64,000 bases of DNA. It comes from an uncultured cyanobacterium. GTDB lineage: Bacteria > Cyanobacteriota > Cyanobacteriia > Cyanobacteriales > CAWCAG01. Position 1 is the stretch's first letter. Each line of letters opens with the position of its first letter. Under the pieces are notes generated by a model. The model searched no databases, was not told the origin of the DNA, and worked only from the letters and a program-made list of their open reading frames with translations. The position numbers and the translations under genes were made by a program. The DNA lies in assembly GCA_963803805.1 (NCBI GenBank), contig CAWDOD010000002.1:384001-448000 (forward strand), in the 5' to 3' direction. Shown piece by piece: positions 42,188 through 52,855 of this stretch.

Positions 42188-43361
42188 CACCCCTCCCACC
42201 AACCTGATAAAAACTCAGTAACTTCTCAACATTCAAAACCTGCTCCTCTGCCAAAAAAGAAGGCTCCTTAAAAATAGCCTTACCCAAAAAACGATTTACC
42301 CAATAGCCAAACTCCTTAAGAGAACGCTTAGGAAGCTTCAGTTTATAATCCAAATAGCTAAGCTCACCATCTGCATCCACTGGCCCTTTCCTAATCTCCT
42401 GAGAATCGTGACGCTTTTCCCCTTCTAAGATAAAAGGTATCGCTTCACCAAAAAAACGTACCCTAACCTTAACAAACTCTGCCTTCCCTTCTCTTTCACG
42501 CAACTGCTCTTCAAAATTGCCCAGATGAAGTCCCCAACCATTCTTGAGCAACTGCTTAGCAACCTCAAGACTAGCAAGCTGAACTTTAATTCCCCTAACC
42601 GCTTCGTTTAAAACTCGGAAGTGGTCATTAAAACGGTCTAACCTTGATATAGCTAAATGACCATCCTTATAGTTTTCGTGAAGAAGATACCAAGCGATAT
42701 CGTGATAAATTAACTGTAGAGGCCAAATCCTTTCATTAAAAAGACTTTGCCTTTTTTTACGAGGATTGCGGACACGTTTAATCTCTATACACTGCCCTTG
42801 TAGAATAGACTTCTCAATCTCTTCTAGTCTCTCGAACAAAGTACCTCTGTACTTGCCTTCCTTCATCATCTCTTCCGGACTAGTATAAACAATCACTCTA
42901 TTCAGTTGCGTTCTCACTGGATAATTAAACTCTTCCTCTAAGTTAAATAGCCTCAAACGCCTTTCTATCTTGCAATATGTTTGCCTTACTAAAGGATCTC
43001 CTTGATATTCCATCTGCGATCGCAAAGCATTAAGGGCTAAACGTAACTCCACCCTGTCTAAGGCTCCACTACCCAAATAGTAGCCCCAGCGATACATATC
43101 CCGTTCAAGAATACCGTAACAGCGTAGGGTAGCTAAATCCTTGCGTAGGGTATGAATTGAATAGGTAGGTAATTCTACTTCCAGTTCTCTAGCCACTTCT
43201 TGCATCATCAAAAGCACTTGTTCTAAAGGGTGTCGAACCGTAAGCAATTGATTATCTTTGCTACCAACCCCTGGATAACGAGCCAAGGTTGCAATCAAAA
43301 TCATCAACCTCTTGAAAGCTAGTAAATCACTATAGCGGTGGTAGATAGTTTTTTTCGTCAC
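42183..43361 (-). CDS. wHTH-WYL domain transcriptional regulator associated with CRISPR
   Basis: N-terminal 'HTLRKDL..LR.YGIL' wHTH; 'PLQLIYHDIAWYL'; 'RLDR'; divergent from the cas operon. Confidence 0.88.
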   Translation of the reverse strand: MTKKTIYHRYSDLLAFKRLMILIATLARYPGVGSKDNQLLTVRHPLEQVLLMMQEVARELEVELPTYSIHTLRKDLATLRCYGILERDMYRWGYYLGSGALDRVELRLALNALRSQMEYQGDPLVRQTYCKIERRLRLFNLEEEFNYPVRTQLNRVIVYTSPEEMMKEGKYRGTLFERLEEIEKSILQGQCIEIKRVRNPRKKRQSLFNERIWPLQLIYHDIAWYLLHENYKDGHLAISRLDRFNDHFRVLNEAVRGIKVQLASLEVAKQLLKNGWGLHLGNFEEQLREREGKAEFVKVRVRFFGEAIPFILEGEKRHDSQEIRKGPVDADGELSYLDYKLKLPKRSLKEFGYWVNRFLGKAIFKEPSFLAEEQVLNVEKLLSFYQVGGRGG

Positions 43362-43575
43362 GAGAGTATGTCAAGGTAATAATAATATTGATTTTATTAA
43401 AAAATAATCTTTAAAAGCTTTATGGAGAAGGATTTTACAGTATTTTCAATAATCTAGACAAATATTATAATTTCCTGGGATTTCTCTATTACTTCTGATA
43501 GTATCTAAATTGAATAAAGCGAAAAGCGCTCTGGTCATCATCTCTAAACTGGAAAAACGACTCACGAAGTAAAAG

Positions 43576-45013
43576 ATGAAAACTTTAATCCTGCAAGTGT
43601 TAGGCAATAGTGATGTCCTTGTTGACTCCGATGAAGGAGCATCAAGACTACAAACAGCTTATACAGTAGAGAGAGGCCGAAGAAATAGCTCAGATGAACG
43701 ACGAGGAATTATTACCTGAACTAGAAAGAGTTGATTTTCCTCAAATTCGTCAAGTTTGGAATAATTATTCACAGCAAGAAGACGTTCATTTAGGGATTGT
43801 TTTAACAAAACAGAGCAGTTGGTTAAAAGACCACCAGAACCTGGAAAATCAAGCCATGCAAGAAATTATTGCCTCAGATGGCCATTGGTGGGGTAAAATT
43901 CTTCAAAGCTGGTGCAAACAACAGCAGATAAATTACCATCCTATCTATCTAGAAATTAATCCAGACATTCCCAAAGGTGCAGCCGATTGGGAGGGAATGG
44001 CGGAACTAGTTAATGTGCATTTTAATCAACTAGTTACCTGCAACAAGCAAGGACTTTTCTTTCAAAGTTCTCAAGACGAAAAAATAGAAATAGAAAAAAT
44101 CGTCATTCAACACAGTAGTGGTACTCCCGCTTTAAGTAGCGCCTTATATCTTTGGGGAATTGAACAAAAACTAGCTAAACAGACAATAGAATTTGTTTAT
44201 ATTTCTAAAGAAAACTCCCGTTACTATGCTCATCCAGGTGATCACTGGCGCTGGCGACTAAAAGTACCCCAAATTCAACAGCTAATTACTATTCAAGATT
44301 TTAGCGGTGTATTAGTAATTGCTGAAGACTATTTAGCTAAAGAGATTGAGCAGAAACTTAAGACCCTTGATTACGCTGTTTCTTTGAATGTAGCAGCTCT
44401 AAATCTAAACTTAGACCCCCAAGAAGAAGTTATCGAAAGGATGGCGATTGCACTATGGAGTGAACAAGCTTTCCGAGAGCGGGGGCAGTGGATGCACTGG
44501 TATATGAGAGTAGCAGGAGCTTTTGAGTTAGGGTTGTGGTGCTTAGTGGCGAAACAAAGTTCAGGTAGATATTACTGGCAAAGGGAAGGGGGAAAGCTTC
44601 AGTGCAGAGACTCAAGCAGCAATGGAAAATTTCTAGGTATTAACAAAGTAGTCAATCAACTCCTCAGCCAAGGTAATTGCGAGAACTACCAGGTTACTAA
44701 AATAGCCAACAACCCAGAATGGCATGATTTTAAACATTTTTACTGTAAAGATTGGGGAATAAACTCGAACACAGAAACAGCTTTTACCCACTTGCGTAAT
44801 AACCTTTATCACTCTTTGCAAGGGGACACAATCGACAAGCAACTAGACGAAGCAACTAAAAAATTTCATTCAGTGACTAACAAAAATCATCCCTCGGAAA
44901 TCGCCGTACACTGGCTAAGACAAATTATCTATTTAGCTGATCTACCGACTCAAGTCAATCAACGCATCAAGCACTATCAAAACTTAGCTTCAGAAGTACA
45001 GGAGAGCCTTTGA
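43576..45013 (+). CDS. CARF-HEPN (Csm6/Csx1-like) cOA-activated ribonuclease; +1 frameshift near 43670
   Basis: ATG at 43576 gives MKTLILQVLGNSDV (CARF strand 1), which joins ORF 43694 if one base is removed (478 aa); CARF motif 'HSSGTPAL'; HEPN R-X4-H 'RNNLYH'. Confidence 0.72.
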
Positions 45014-47254
45014 TGAAATTAGAAGCTTGGCTGCAACGTCAAAGAAAACTGTATCAGCAAGTACCCCAAGAAACTCCTACTTTCTCTATTCATCCTACTA
45101 GCGGAAAATGGCAAAAATCTCCTCACTTACGGTCGCAATTTTGGTGGGGAGGTGGTGCAACCCAAGAAACAGCTCAACAACTACAGCAAATAGATACAAA
45201 CTTAACCCAACTAGGAGTACTCACCTTTGGCCCAGTACAAACTTTCTTAGGTAGTGGTCAAAGACTAAGGGATTGGGCAGTAGGCTTTTGGTTATGCCAT
45301 TACCTTAGTGCAGTAATTATCTATCGTTGGGAACAACAAGGAGGCAAAGTATTGCTACCCTTGCATCGTTCTGTACCTCTAGTGCAATGGCTCAAAAAAC
45401 AACAGTTTCCTAGTGATGAATCTTTTTGGCAAGCAGAATTGCCCAATGTCTTCACAGGGATTTTTCCAGAGGAACAGGGATGGCTACAAAATCTCAAGAA
45501 CTTAGTACAGAGGGAATGGCATGACTTGATCCGTAGTTTAGAAAAATCTGCGAATCGCCTATGAGCCAAAACTGTTAGATGGGGTAGGATGGCAGGTGAT
45601 TCATGGAGACTGCAAATACCTCTGGTCATCCTACATCAGCCAAGCCCCCCTCGAATCAGGCAATTCAGAAGCTATCACAGCCACCTTAGCACAACTACAT
45701 CAACACTTAGAAGCTCAAAAAATAGGACGTAGCTGGCAAAAGCAGTGGTGGGCCGGTAAAACCAGTCCAAGTGCAGGACATCTTTCTATTTGGCATCCTG
45801 GCTTAAAGCCAATCAACAAAGGTGGCAAGTGGGGATTGCCAGAGGATCATTTAGAAAACTGGTGGGAAAAACTCGCTAAACGACAAGAAAGTCATCTGGC
45901 TGGTTTATTTTCTGAAAGTGACCGCCTCAACAGTTTGGAGATGATCAAACGCTTAGTATCTATACCAGATATTATCATTCCTACCTTAGCCAATCTGTGG
46001 GCTGACCGGGAACCTTTACCTCCTTGCCCTTGGGGCAGATTTCCTGACCGCACTGCTGCTGCTGCGGCTTGGATAGCTGATGCTGGAGTTGATCCTCTAG
46101 TTTGGAATCAAAACATCACTGCTTTAGAAAAAGACTATTTTTCTAACTCCTCTAATCAAATAAAGAAATGGGGAATGCCAAAGATAGACAGCAACAAACA
46201 GTTTAATCATCCCCGTGCCTTAGAACGACGCAATATCGAAGACAAGGAACTACTAGAAATTTGGGATAGTGAGCTACCCAAAGGCTGGGAAAGCACCATA
46301 GAATGGACTGTCGGCTGGCGAGGTGACGGGGATAAAGTGAGTGAGTGGCTTTCTGGAAAAAAATATGCTGACCTCAAGCTACTTTGGTCACAATGGCATC
46401 TTACCCCAGAAATCATTAACCAAGAAAACCTAGCAGTTACCCAGCCGGAAATACCATCTGACTCCAGACAAATAGATTTACCCCATATGCTGGATATTTC
46501 TGTACTTTTTGGGCTGTGGAATAAGTTACTCTATGCCATAACCGAAGAACATCACAACAGCAAGGTGATTTTTGCCGGAGGTGACGACTTTCTACTCCTT
46601 GGCCCCCTCACTGAGGCAATCCCCTTAACCAGCGAATTACATCACCTATGGGAAGGAAAAGGCACACCTATTACAAACCCTTTAACTACGCCAATTAATG
46701 GTTGGGTCAACTATCAAGACCAAGTGTATCCTGTTCCTGGACAACAAATGAGTTTTAGTTTGGGTTTGGTTATTGCTCAAAGACGTATTCCTCAATCTTT
46801 ATGGCATCGAGGTTTAAATTCTGCCTACAAAGAAGCAAAAAACAAGGGGCGCGATCGCGTTTGCGTGGAAGTACTTTTTAATAGTGGTCAATCATTGCAA
46901 TGGACTTGTCCTTGGCGTTTGTGGCACTTATTAATGGGAGTAGAAGCTCAACAGCAGGACAAGACAGAGTTGAATGTTTGGGAAAAGCTTCTGTTTTACC
47001 TAGAAACTACTAACTTAGAAGTCAACTCTGTTATCACAGTACGAGAACTCCTTGATACTCTTTGGGCTAGTGTAGGACTGCCTTTGCAATGGAAGCAAGT
47101 AGAAGAGTTAGCAACAGGCATGGATATACGTCAAGAAATTGGTTCTTGGCAATGGTGGAAAAATTGGTTGGCATTCCGTGCTTTTTTAGCCCGTCAAGCA
47201 AGAGAACGACAAAACTGGCTACAAAGATTGCAAGAGCAAGGAGCGAAACCTTGA
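45013..47254 (+). CDS. cas10: Cas10/Cmr2 lacking an HD domain; +1 frameshift at 45553
   Basis: 'FGPVQTFLGSGQRLRDW' Cmr2 N-terminal motif, 'RGDGD' and 'FAGGDD' Palm2, 'AKNKGRDR'. GCGAATCGC to GCGATCGC restores a 746-aa ORF. Confidence 0.9.
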
Positions 47255-48237
47255 CTAACTGGTATTCTATCACTCCTTCTAGTCCCCTAACTATTGGAAA
47301 CTTAACTCCTGTAGGGCAGAATAGCGGTCAAGTAGGCTGTCGCTGGCCCCCTAACGGTCATCATTTAGCTGCTTGTCTAAAACTAGATAAGAAAAATCAA
47401 CTCTGGGGGCCTTTTTGGTATCGAGGAGGTAATGAGTTCTATGTCACTTTACCTCTAACTGTTTACACCGTTGTTAAAGGGAAGCAAAGTTCTGAGCAGC
47501 TACCTAAGAATATGTATCGCTTGGTTTGGGATGACACAACAGGTATGTGGAGCAAGCAACCTGAACACCAAAAAGAAGAAATTGAAATTATTGGTGGTTG
47601 TTATCTAATTAATACACAAGCTTTGAGAAATTTTTGGCAATCAGGAAAAGTAGCTAATAACCCTTGTCTAGTAAAAATGCCTTGGGAAACTTTAACCCTT
47701 AGCCATAATAGCCGTGAAAATTTTCAAGTCAAAGATGAGGGAGGTTTCTTTGCTGAGATGACCACTTTGCTGGAACCGGGTTGGTCGATATTAGTAAAAA
47801 TTATTGGGGATGCAGAAGAAACACCAAAATTAAGCACCCTTGGTGCAGGGGGAACACCTGTAGTTATAAAGCCTGTAAATTCCCCAAAGTCCTGGGAGCA
47901 AATTGGTGAGAAAAAAGAGAATGCAATAGGAGCAATCCTACTGACTGGGGCTTTATGGCAGAAAGGAACTCAGCCTATTTCTTTGCCGTATCCCTACTCA
48001 AAAGTTAAAGCCTATGGTGCTGAAGAGCCTATCCCTTGGCAATCCTGGAAAAAGGTGCGCGATCGCAAAGAACCTAACAATAGTGACAACAAAGTCAAGG
48101 TTTTAACACCAGGGGAATGGTTAACTCCTCCAGGGGCAGTTTATTTGTGGCAGGAGGCAACTACTGGTCAATCAGGGCCCTTTCCTGACCCTTTTCATCG
48201 GGATGCTTTAGGTTATGGTCACTTGTGGTTATTTTGA
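47251..48237 (+). CDS. cmr3: Cmr3 (Cas5-group RAMP)
   Basis: TTG overlapping the cas10 stop; 'WYSITP..PL.IG', 'WPP', 'LGAGG', 'PPGAVY', C-terminal 'LGYG'. Confidence 0.8.
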   Translation: MTNWYSITPSSPLTIGNLTPVGQNSGQVGCRWPPNGHHLAACLKLDKKNQLWGPFWYRGGNEFYVTLPLTVYTVVKGKQSSEQLPKNMYRLVWDDTTGMWSKQPEHQKEEIEIIGGCYLINTQALRNFWQSGKVANNPCLVKMPWETLTLSHNSRENFQVKDEGGFFAEMTTLLEPGWSILVKIIGDAEETPKLSTLGAGGTPVVIKPVNSPKSWEQIGEKKENAIGAILLTGALWQKGTQPISLPYPYSKVKAYGAEEPIPWQSWKKVRDRKEPNNSDNKVKVLTPGEWLTPPGAVYLWQEATTGQSGPFPDPFHRDALGYGHLWLF

Positions 48238-48249
48238 GGATAAACATTA

Positions 48250-49036
48250 ATGTCTATAGAATGGTTAATTTGTCAAGAACCAGTGCATATTGGTGGAGCT
48301 GATAGTAGTTCTAGGGGAAATAATAACCCTGTCTTTCGTCTTCCAGACCGTAGCCCAGCTATTCCTGGTAGCTCCTTACGAGGGGCTTTAAGGGAACACG
48401 CCAAGGCAGATAGTAAATATAAAGGATATGTAGATAATTGGTTTGGAGGAGAAGGAGAAAGTATTTCCCCTGGTTGTATTTCCCTTAGTTGGGGCTGGCC
48501 CAGTATGGTGGCCTGTTCATGTCCTTGGTTATGGAAGTTGGTGGGTTAGTTGTCTAAGTTGGTTAAACCGCTTTCGACAGTTATCCGGTGAGAATGCCCT
48601 TAACTTAGAATCTAACAAGGTTTACATTACTCAATCAGAATTGAAAGATCAGACTATTTTCTTGCGATGGTTAAAGCTAACTAATGTAGATTACCCAGAA
48701 TATAGCTTACCAGCCCCTACAGACATACCTAAAGATCGTCGAATTATTGTTCCAGATGACAGCATTAATCTTTTAGTTGACATGGGAATAGTACGACAGC
48801 CAAGAGTAAGTCTCCGGGATGAACCTGACAAAGACGGCTCATTGGTAGAGCATCTTTTTGCAGTGGAAGGGTTTCCTCCTGGTGCAGTCTTTAGTTTGTC
48901 TTGGGCTATTAGAGGAGAAGAAGTTAAGGACCCTCAAAAATGGTCAGAGTTTTTACATAACGAGCATTTCCTCGGTGGCTTGTGGAGTGTAGGCTATGGA
49001 CGCATTAATGTTGTTGCTGTTGAGGGAGGGAAGTGA
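48250..49036 (+). CDS. cmr4: Cmr4 (Cas7-group RAMP); +1 frameshift near 48500
   Basis: 'PVHIGG', 'PAIPGSSLRGALR', 'WFG', 'WWPV', 'LFAVEGFPPG', G-loop 'LGGLWSVGYG'; 261 aa when repaired. Confidence 0.85.
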
Positions 49037-49464
49037 TGGGAGTCATTCACTATGAGTTGGATAAGAAAGTATTTGAAAAACTTAAGCAAGGTAAAGAAAC
49101 CTTAAAAGACTGGCAAGGGGCTGCTAGTGGTATTGCTGACTACGTGGCTAGCTGGGGCTTGGAAAGGTTTTGGGCAATGTCGCGATCGCCTGTTCTTAAG
49201 GAAGGGAGTATTCCAGAAGCTGATGCTGGAAAGAATGAGGAAAGACGTTATTTTGCTTGGGATGTGGCTAGGTTAGTTCTGTGTGAATTGATTCGCGATG
49301 AGTTAAATATAAGCTCAGATATGACTACCCAAGAGTTTCAGGAACAGCTAGCCAAACTCAATTTTAATGAGCAGGTTTTGCTAGCAGATTTGCTAATGGA
49401 GATTTCTGCCACTATTCAGTTTTGGACAATGCGTCTTAGGGATGCTAAAGACAAGGAGGTTTGA
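49036..49464 (+). CDS. cmr5: Cmr5 (Cas11 small subunit)
   Basis: Small all-helical protein between cmr4 and cmr6; 'YVASWGLERFWA' and a C-terminal 'FW..RL'. Confidence 0.7.
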   Translation: MGVIHYELDKKVFEKLKQGKETLKDWQGAASGIADYVASWGLERFWAMSRSPVLKEGSIPEADAGKNEERRYFAWDVARLVLCELIRDELNISSDMTTQEFQEQLAKLNFNEQVLLADLLMEISATIQFWTMRLRDAKDKEV

Positions 49465-49520
49465 TTCGACTCAACAATCAAAAGCTAATAGTTTAGAAAA
49501 ATATTTGAGGAGTAAATTTT

Positions 49521-51110
49521 ATGAGTAAAAGTTCAACTTTACCGACACAAAGACCCAAATGGTATGATGTTCAAGCTACCAATGATGGAAGGGAAGAATA
49601 TAGAGGTTGGACACCACAAACTAGTGACATTGTTGCTGCAAAAAAGGAAAATCATGATGTCGTTTATGCTTGGAATGGTGATTATTCCCCCCACCCAGCC
49701 AAAGATTATACAGTGAAGCTAGACAGGCTTAAGGTTATCAGTCCTATTCAAATTGGCGGTGACAGCTTTTTTGAAGGTGGGACTTTACCAGCTCAGGTTG
49801 GTGGTGTACCTTGGATACCTGGTTCTAGTGTTCGGGGAGCTTTGCTCAACTGGTTGCATCAGCAATGGGTTAATCTGAAGACAGAGGAACAAAGGTTTTG
49901 GTTAACTCTGATGAGTTCTGATCGCAAGAGTTGGCAACCGAAGAAGATTCGTTTTGAGAGTGTTTTGTTGAAGGAGCTTCGACCCTTTCCCCTCAACCCT
50001 CAACAGAAATGGCAGGTTTTCGACGACCCTAAAAGCAGGAAAAAGCTTGGTATACAGTGGCAAGTTGCCCCGAAACACCCTCCTAATCCTTATGCTGCGG
50101 ATAAGTTTACTTTGCAAGTGTTGCTAAAAGATTCACCGACAGAGGAGGAGAAAAAATTCTTAGAGACTGCTTTAGTGACCATGCTAGAAGAGCAGGGAGT
50201 TGGCCGAGGTACAAAGAGTGGTTTTGGTCGCTTGGCTCAGAAAGTTCCTTCAGGAAAGTGGGAAATTAAGCTAGAAGGAATGAAACCTTGCTATCAAGTT
50301 CATAACAATTCTGAAAACATAACTGGTAAGTATCGCTGGAGTCCCCAAGTCTTGAGGGCTAGCTTAAGGGGCTATTTTCTCCGTTTAGCTTTGAGGATAC
50401 TGGAAAAAAAAGATGCACAAAAACTTACTAGTACTATTTTTGGAGAGCTAAAATCCCCTGCTCGATTAGTGTTAACTAGCTATCTTAAGCCAATCAGCAG
50501 ACAAAATTTTGGTACAAAATCAGATAGGAACTATGGCAATATGCCTGCTAAAGAACCCCATGAAGTTTGGCTAATTGATGTGGATTGCAACTCACCATTC
50601 CAAGATTTGATTGGTCATCTGTTAGAGTTAGCCAGTCGCTTAGGAGGGCTTGGCCCCGGTTGGCGCAGACCTCCTCATGTTATGAGTCACAACGTTTTCC
50701 GAGGTAGCCAGTTTTCTTACACTCCCGATTTTTCCAATTTAAACTTATCTGATCTGATTGCTCATTTACTAAGTTTACTCAAGGAGTTAGCAAGGCAAAA
50801 TAATCTTGCTTTGCTGTCTCCAGTTGAGCCTAGCAAGATAAATTCCTCTCCGAGGGCAGCTAGAGAGCTAATCAAAGGAGCCTTGTTAAGCATTTGGCAG
50901 GGAAAAAAAGAGCAATGGCGAGAGATTGTTCATGGAGTTTGTAGTACTAGCAAGGGTGCAGATAAACCAGGTTGGTGTGGTAGTACGAATGAGCGTACTT
51001 CTGGTTATGCAGTAAGAGAGTATGAAGATTATTGCTTGATTTCTGTTTTTGATTCGGAGGTAGAAGGCACTTTGCAAGACGAGGAATTTGAGAAAATTTG
51101 GTCTGGTTGA
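49521..51110 (+). CDS. cmr6: Double-RAMP protein: Cmr6-Cmr1 fusion
   Basis: First RAMP: 'PWIPGSSVRGAL', G-loop 'GVGRGTKSGFG'. Second RAMP: 'LRASLRGYFLRL', 'IFG', 'LGGLGPGWRR'. Confidence 0.8.
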   Translation: MSKSSTLPTQRPKWYDVQATNDGREEYRGWTPQTSDIVAAKKENHDVVYAWNGDYSPHPAKDYTVKLDRLKVISPIQIGGDSFFEGGTLPAQVGGVPWIPGSSVRGALLNWLHQQWVNLKTEEQRFWLTLMSSDRKSWQPKKIRFESVLLKELRPFPLNPQQKWQVFDDPKSRKKLGIQWQVAPKHPPNPYAADKFTLQVLLKDSPTEEEKKFLETALVTMLEEQGVGRGTKSGFGRLAQKVPSGKWEIKLEGMKPCYQVHNNSENITGKYRWSPQVLRASLRGYFLRLALRILEKKDAQKLTSTIFGELKSPARLVLTSYLKPISRQNFGTKSDRNYGNMPAKEPHEVWLIDVDCNSPFQDLIGHLLELASRLGGLGPGWRRPPHVMSHNVFRGSQFSYTPDFSNLNLSDLIAHLLSLLKELARQNNLALLSPVEPSKINSSPRAARELIKGALLSIWQGKKEQWREIVHGVCSTSKGADKPGWCGSTNERTSGYAVREYEDYCLISVFDSEVEGTLQDEEFEKIWSG

Positions 51111-51194
51111 GGTACTTTGCTTTGCATTAATTCTGGTTGTGATTTTGGAAAAGCAAGCTTAGGGTATACAGGAAATAGTAGGAGAGAAATTGAG

Positions 51195-51560
51195 GTGCTG
51201 AAAAAATCTACTAACTTATTAGCCATGGTTGCGATCGCACTAGGAATAGAATTGTTTTCCTACCTGCTTCAGAAACAGCTAGTACCAGAAACAAAAGAAG
51301 TTATATTACTGCCCTCTCAAGGCATTACTAAGCTTACTAATAACACAGGTACTCTTGAGTCTAGTGCCAGTTTAGCTTCACCTAATGTAGGTGTAGAGAA
51401 AAATGAAGGTTTGTTTGCCTGTCTAGAAACTGACTGCAATTGCTCTGATTTTAGCACTCAAGCAGAAGCAAAAGCTGTACTGGATGCAGAACCAGGAGAT
51501 CCACATCGTCTAGATGCGAACGGTGATGGTATTCCCTGTGAAAGTCTAAGTAATAGGTAA
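51195..51560 (+). CDS. Membrane-anchored Excalibur calcium-binding domain protein (start uncertain)
   Basis: N-terminal hydrophobic helix; C-terminal 'DCNCSDFSTQAEA...DPHRLDANGDGIPCESL'. Confidence 0.75.
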   Translation: MLKKSTNLLAMVAIALGIELFSYLLQKQLVPETKEVILLPSQGITKLTNNTGTLESSASLASPNVGVEKNEGLFACLETDCNCSDFSTQAEAKAVLDAEPGDPHRLDANGDGIPCESLSNR

Positions 51561-51595
51561 ATTGAATTGTAAAATCAGGAATTAGTCAGGGAAAA

Positions 51596-51865
51596 ATGTT
51601 TATCTCATCTCGTGCTGCACAAGTGCGTAGCCTTCTCGTAGCATCTATTAACGGTAGTATTACCTTAATTATTTTACTCATTGCCCCTTTAGGTCTAGCA
51701 GCAGTGATTATCAACACTCTGCTAGTAACCCTTGCCAGCTATGGAATGTCTCAGACAGTAGATAAAGTGATAGTTTGGCTATCTTTATCTTTTAATCCAA
51801 CTACTGACTCTCATACCCATAATCGAGTTGCAAGTAAAAGTAAAATAATGAAGAAGAGATTATGA
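51596..51865 (+). CDS. csx18: CRISPR-associated small membrane protein Csx18
   Basis: 'INGSITLIILLIAPLGLAAVIINT' hydrophobic hairpin; stop overlaps the cas1 start (ATGA). Confidence 0.7.
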   Translation: MFISSRAAQVRSLLVASINGSITLIILLIAPLGLAAVIINTLLVTLASYGMSQTVDKVIVWLSLSFNPTTDSHTHNRVASKSKIMKKRL

Positions 51866-52855
51866 GGACTTTGTATGTGTCCCAGCAGGGATGCTATGTT
51901 TCCCTTTGCCAAGAAATTTTGAGAGTTAAAAAAGGAGATACAACCTATGCTGAGGTAAAGTTACCTCTGATAGAGCAGCTCCTCATCTTTGGGAAATCCC
52001 AAATTACAACTCAAGCTATCCATGCTTGTCTATGGCGTAATATTCCTATTGCTTATCTTTCTCGGATGGGCTACTGTTACGGGAAAGTTACTTCTATCAA
52101 GAAAGGATATCGCTATCTATCTAAATATCAACAGGAGCTAAACTTTGCTGATAGATTTAGAGTAGCTAAGGCAATTGTACAAGCGAAGTTAAAAAACAGT
52201 CAGGTTCTTTTGAGGAGGCAATCACGAAAACATGAATCAGCAGAAGTTACTAAGGTAATAGAGAACCTAAACTACTACGCTTGTCGAGCTAAAGAAGCTA
52301 ACTCTTTGGAGCAGTTAATGGGCTTTGAAGGAGCAGGTGCAGCAGAGTATTTTTCTATTTTAGGGCAATTTTTTTCTCAAAAAGACTTTGTATTTACCGC
52401 TCGGACTCGCCGTCCACCAAGGAATGAGGTCAATGCAATGCTTAGCTTTGGCTATCAAGTTATTTGGAATCATCTTTTAGCATTAATAGAGTTAAATGAT
52501 CTCTGATCCTTATCAAGCCTGTTTGCATCAGGGGACGGAGCGTCATGCTGCTCTAGCTAGTGATTTGATAGAAGAATTTCGAGGGCCTATGGTCGATTCT
52601 TTAGTTTTATATTTGATTAATCGCCAAATCATAAAAGTCAATAAAGATTTTCTTTTTGAGAATGGTATCTGTCACCTCAATAACTCCGGAAGAAAAAAGT
52701 ATTTGCAGAGCTTCGTTAATAAGATGGAGGAATCAGTTTCTACTTCTGAAGGTGGCAACATTCCTAGATGGAGCTTGCTTAATCAACAGGTGAAGATGTA
52801 CAAACAGTTTGTTTATCAACCTAGTTCTATCTATAAACCGTTTCGTATTCGATGA
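51862..52855 (+). CDS. cas1: Cas1 integrase; +1 frameshift near 52504
   Basis: 'MRTLYVSQQG', 'MGFEG', 'RRPP..NAMLSFGY', 'DPY..CLH', 'LASDLIEEFR'; 330 aa when repaired. Confidence 0.93.

Noticed and set aside
41609-42202. ORFs 41609-41797 and 41870-42202 with repeated peptides
   Set aside because: They are translations of CRISPR repeats and spacers.
47089-47250. N-terminal extension of cmr3 in the ORF track
   Set aside because: It overlaps the cas10 3' end by about 160 bp; TTG at 47251 gives a typical Cmr3 start coupled to the cas10 stop.
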